NCBI GenBank assembly: GCA_900088475.1 | Contig: FLMG01001141.1 | Coordinates: forward strand, 1 to 48,124 | DNA length: 48,124 bases | Source of the DNA: Hyphochytrium catenoides | Taxonomy: Eukaryota; Protista; Hyphochytriomycota | Reading direction: 5' to 3' | Shown here: positions 46,123 to 48,124 of the stretch, piece by piece | Numbering within the stretch: the first letter of the stretch is position 1 | Layout: every line of letters begins with the position of its first letter | Program-made: the position numbers and the translations under genes | Notes under the pieces: generated by a model | Databases searched by the model: none | Told to the model about the DNA's origin: nothing | What the model saw: the letters and a program-made list of their open reading frames with translations, nothing else

Positions 46123-48124
<2,002 letters not shown>

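Overview
Eukaryotic, intron-rich, (GA/CT)n-rich genomic DNA with small assembly gaps. A stramenopile-like host is only an inference from the style of the relic elements and genes. The window has three zones. (1) About 1-15 kb is a mobile-element graveyard: a ~1.54-kb diverged direct duplication carrying hAT-transposase-like C-terminal motifs, a decayed 12-bp repeat that would encode an (APTx)n mucin-like stalk around Cys-rich PAN-like remnants, a frameshifted tyrosine recombinase (DIRS/Ngaro/Crypton-like), a second probable hAT relic, and a decayed CRE-like (RLE) non-LTR retrotransposon. (2) About 16-37 kb is accessory: a type II membrane orphan, a ~1858-aa STAND/NLR-like gene with two N-terminal HEPN-like RxxxxH modules + NB-ARC + WHD + TPRs (the most interesting item), an App1-type HAD phosphatase with a hydrophobic leader, a pogo/Fot1-like DDD transposase pseudogene, and two more membrane-protein ORFs. 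(3) About 38-48 kb holds multi-exon housekeeping genes: a class I sirtuin fused to a C-terminal ZZ zinc finger, UPRT, and a PLP-dependent kynurenine/2-aminoadipate aminotransferase (5' end outside the window). All domain calls come from manual motif reading and hand-built splice models. No searches were run.
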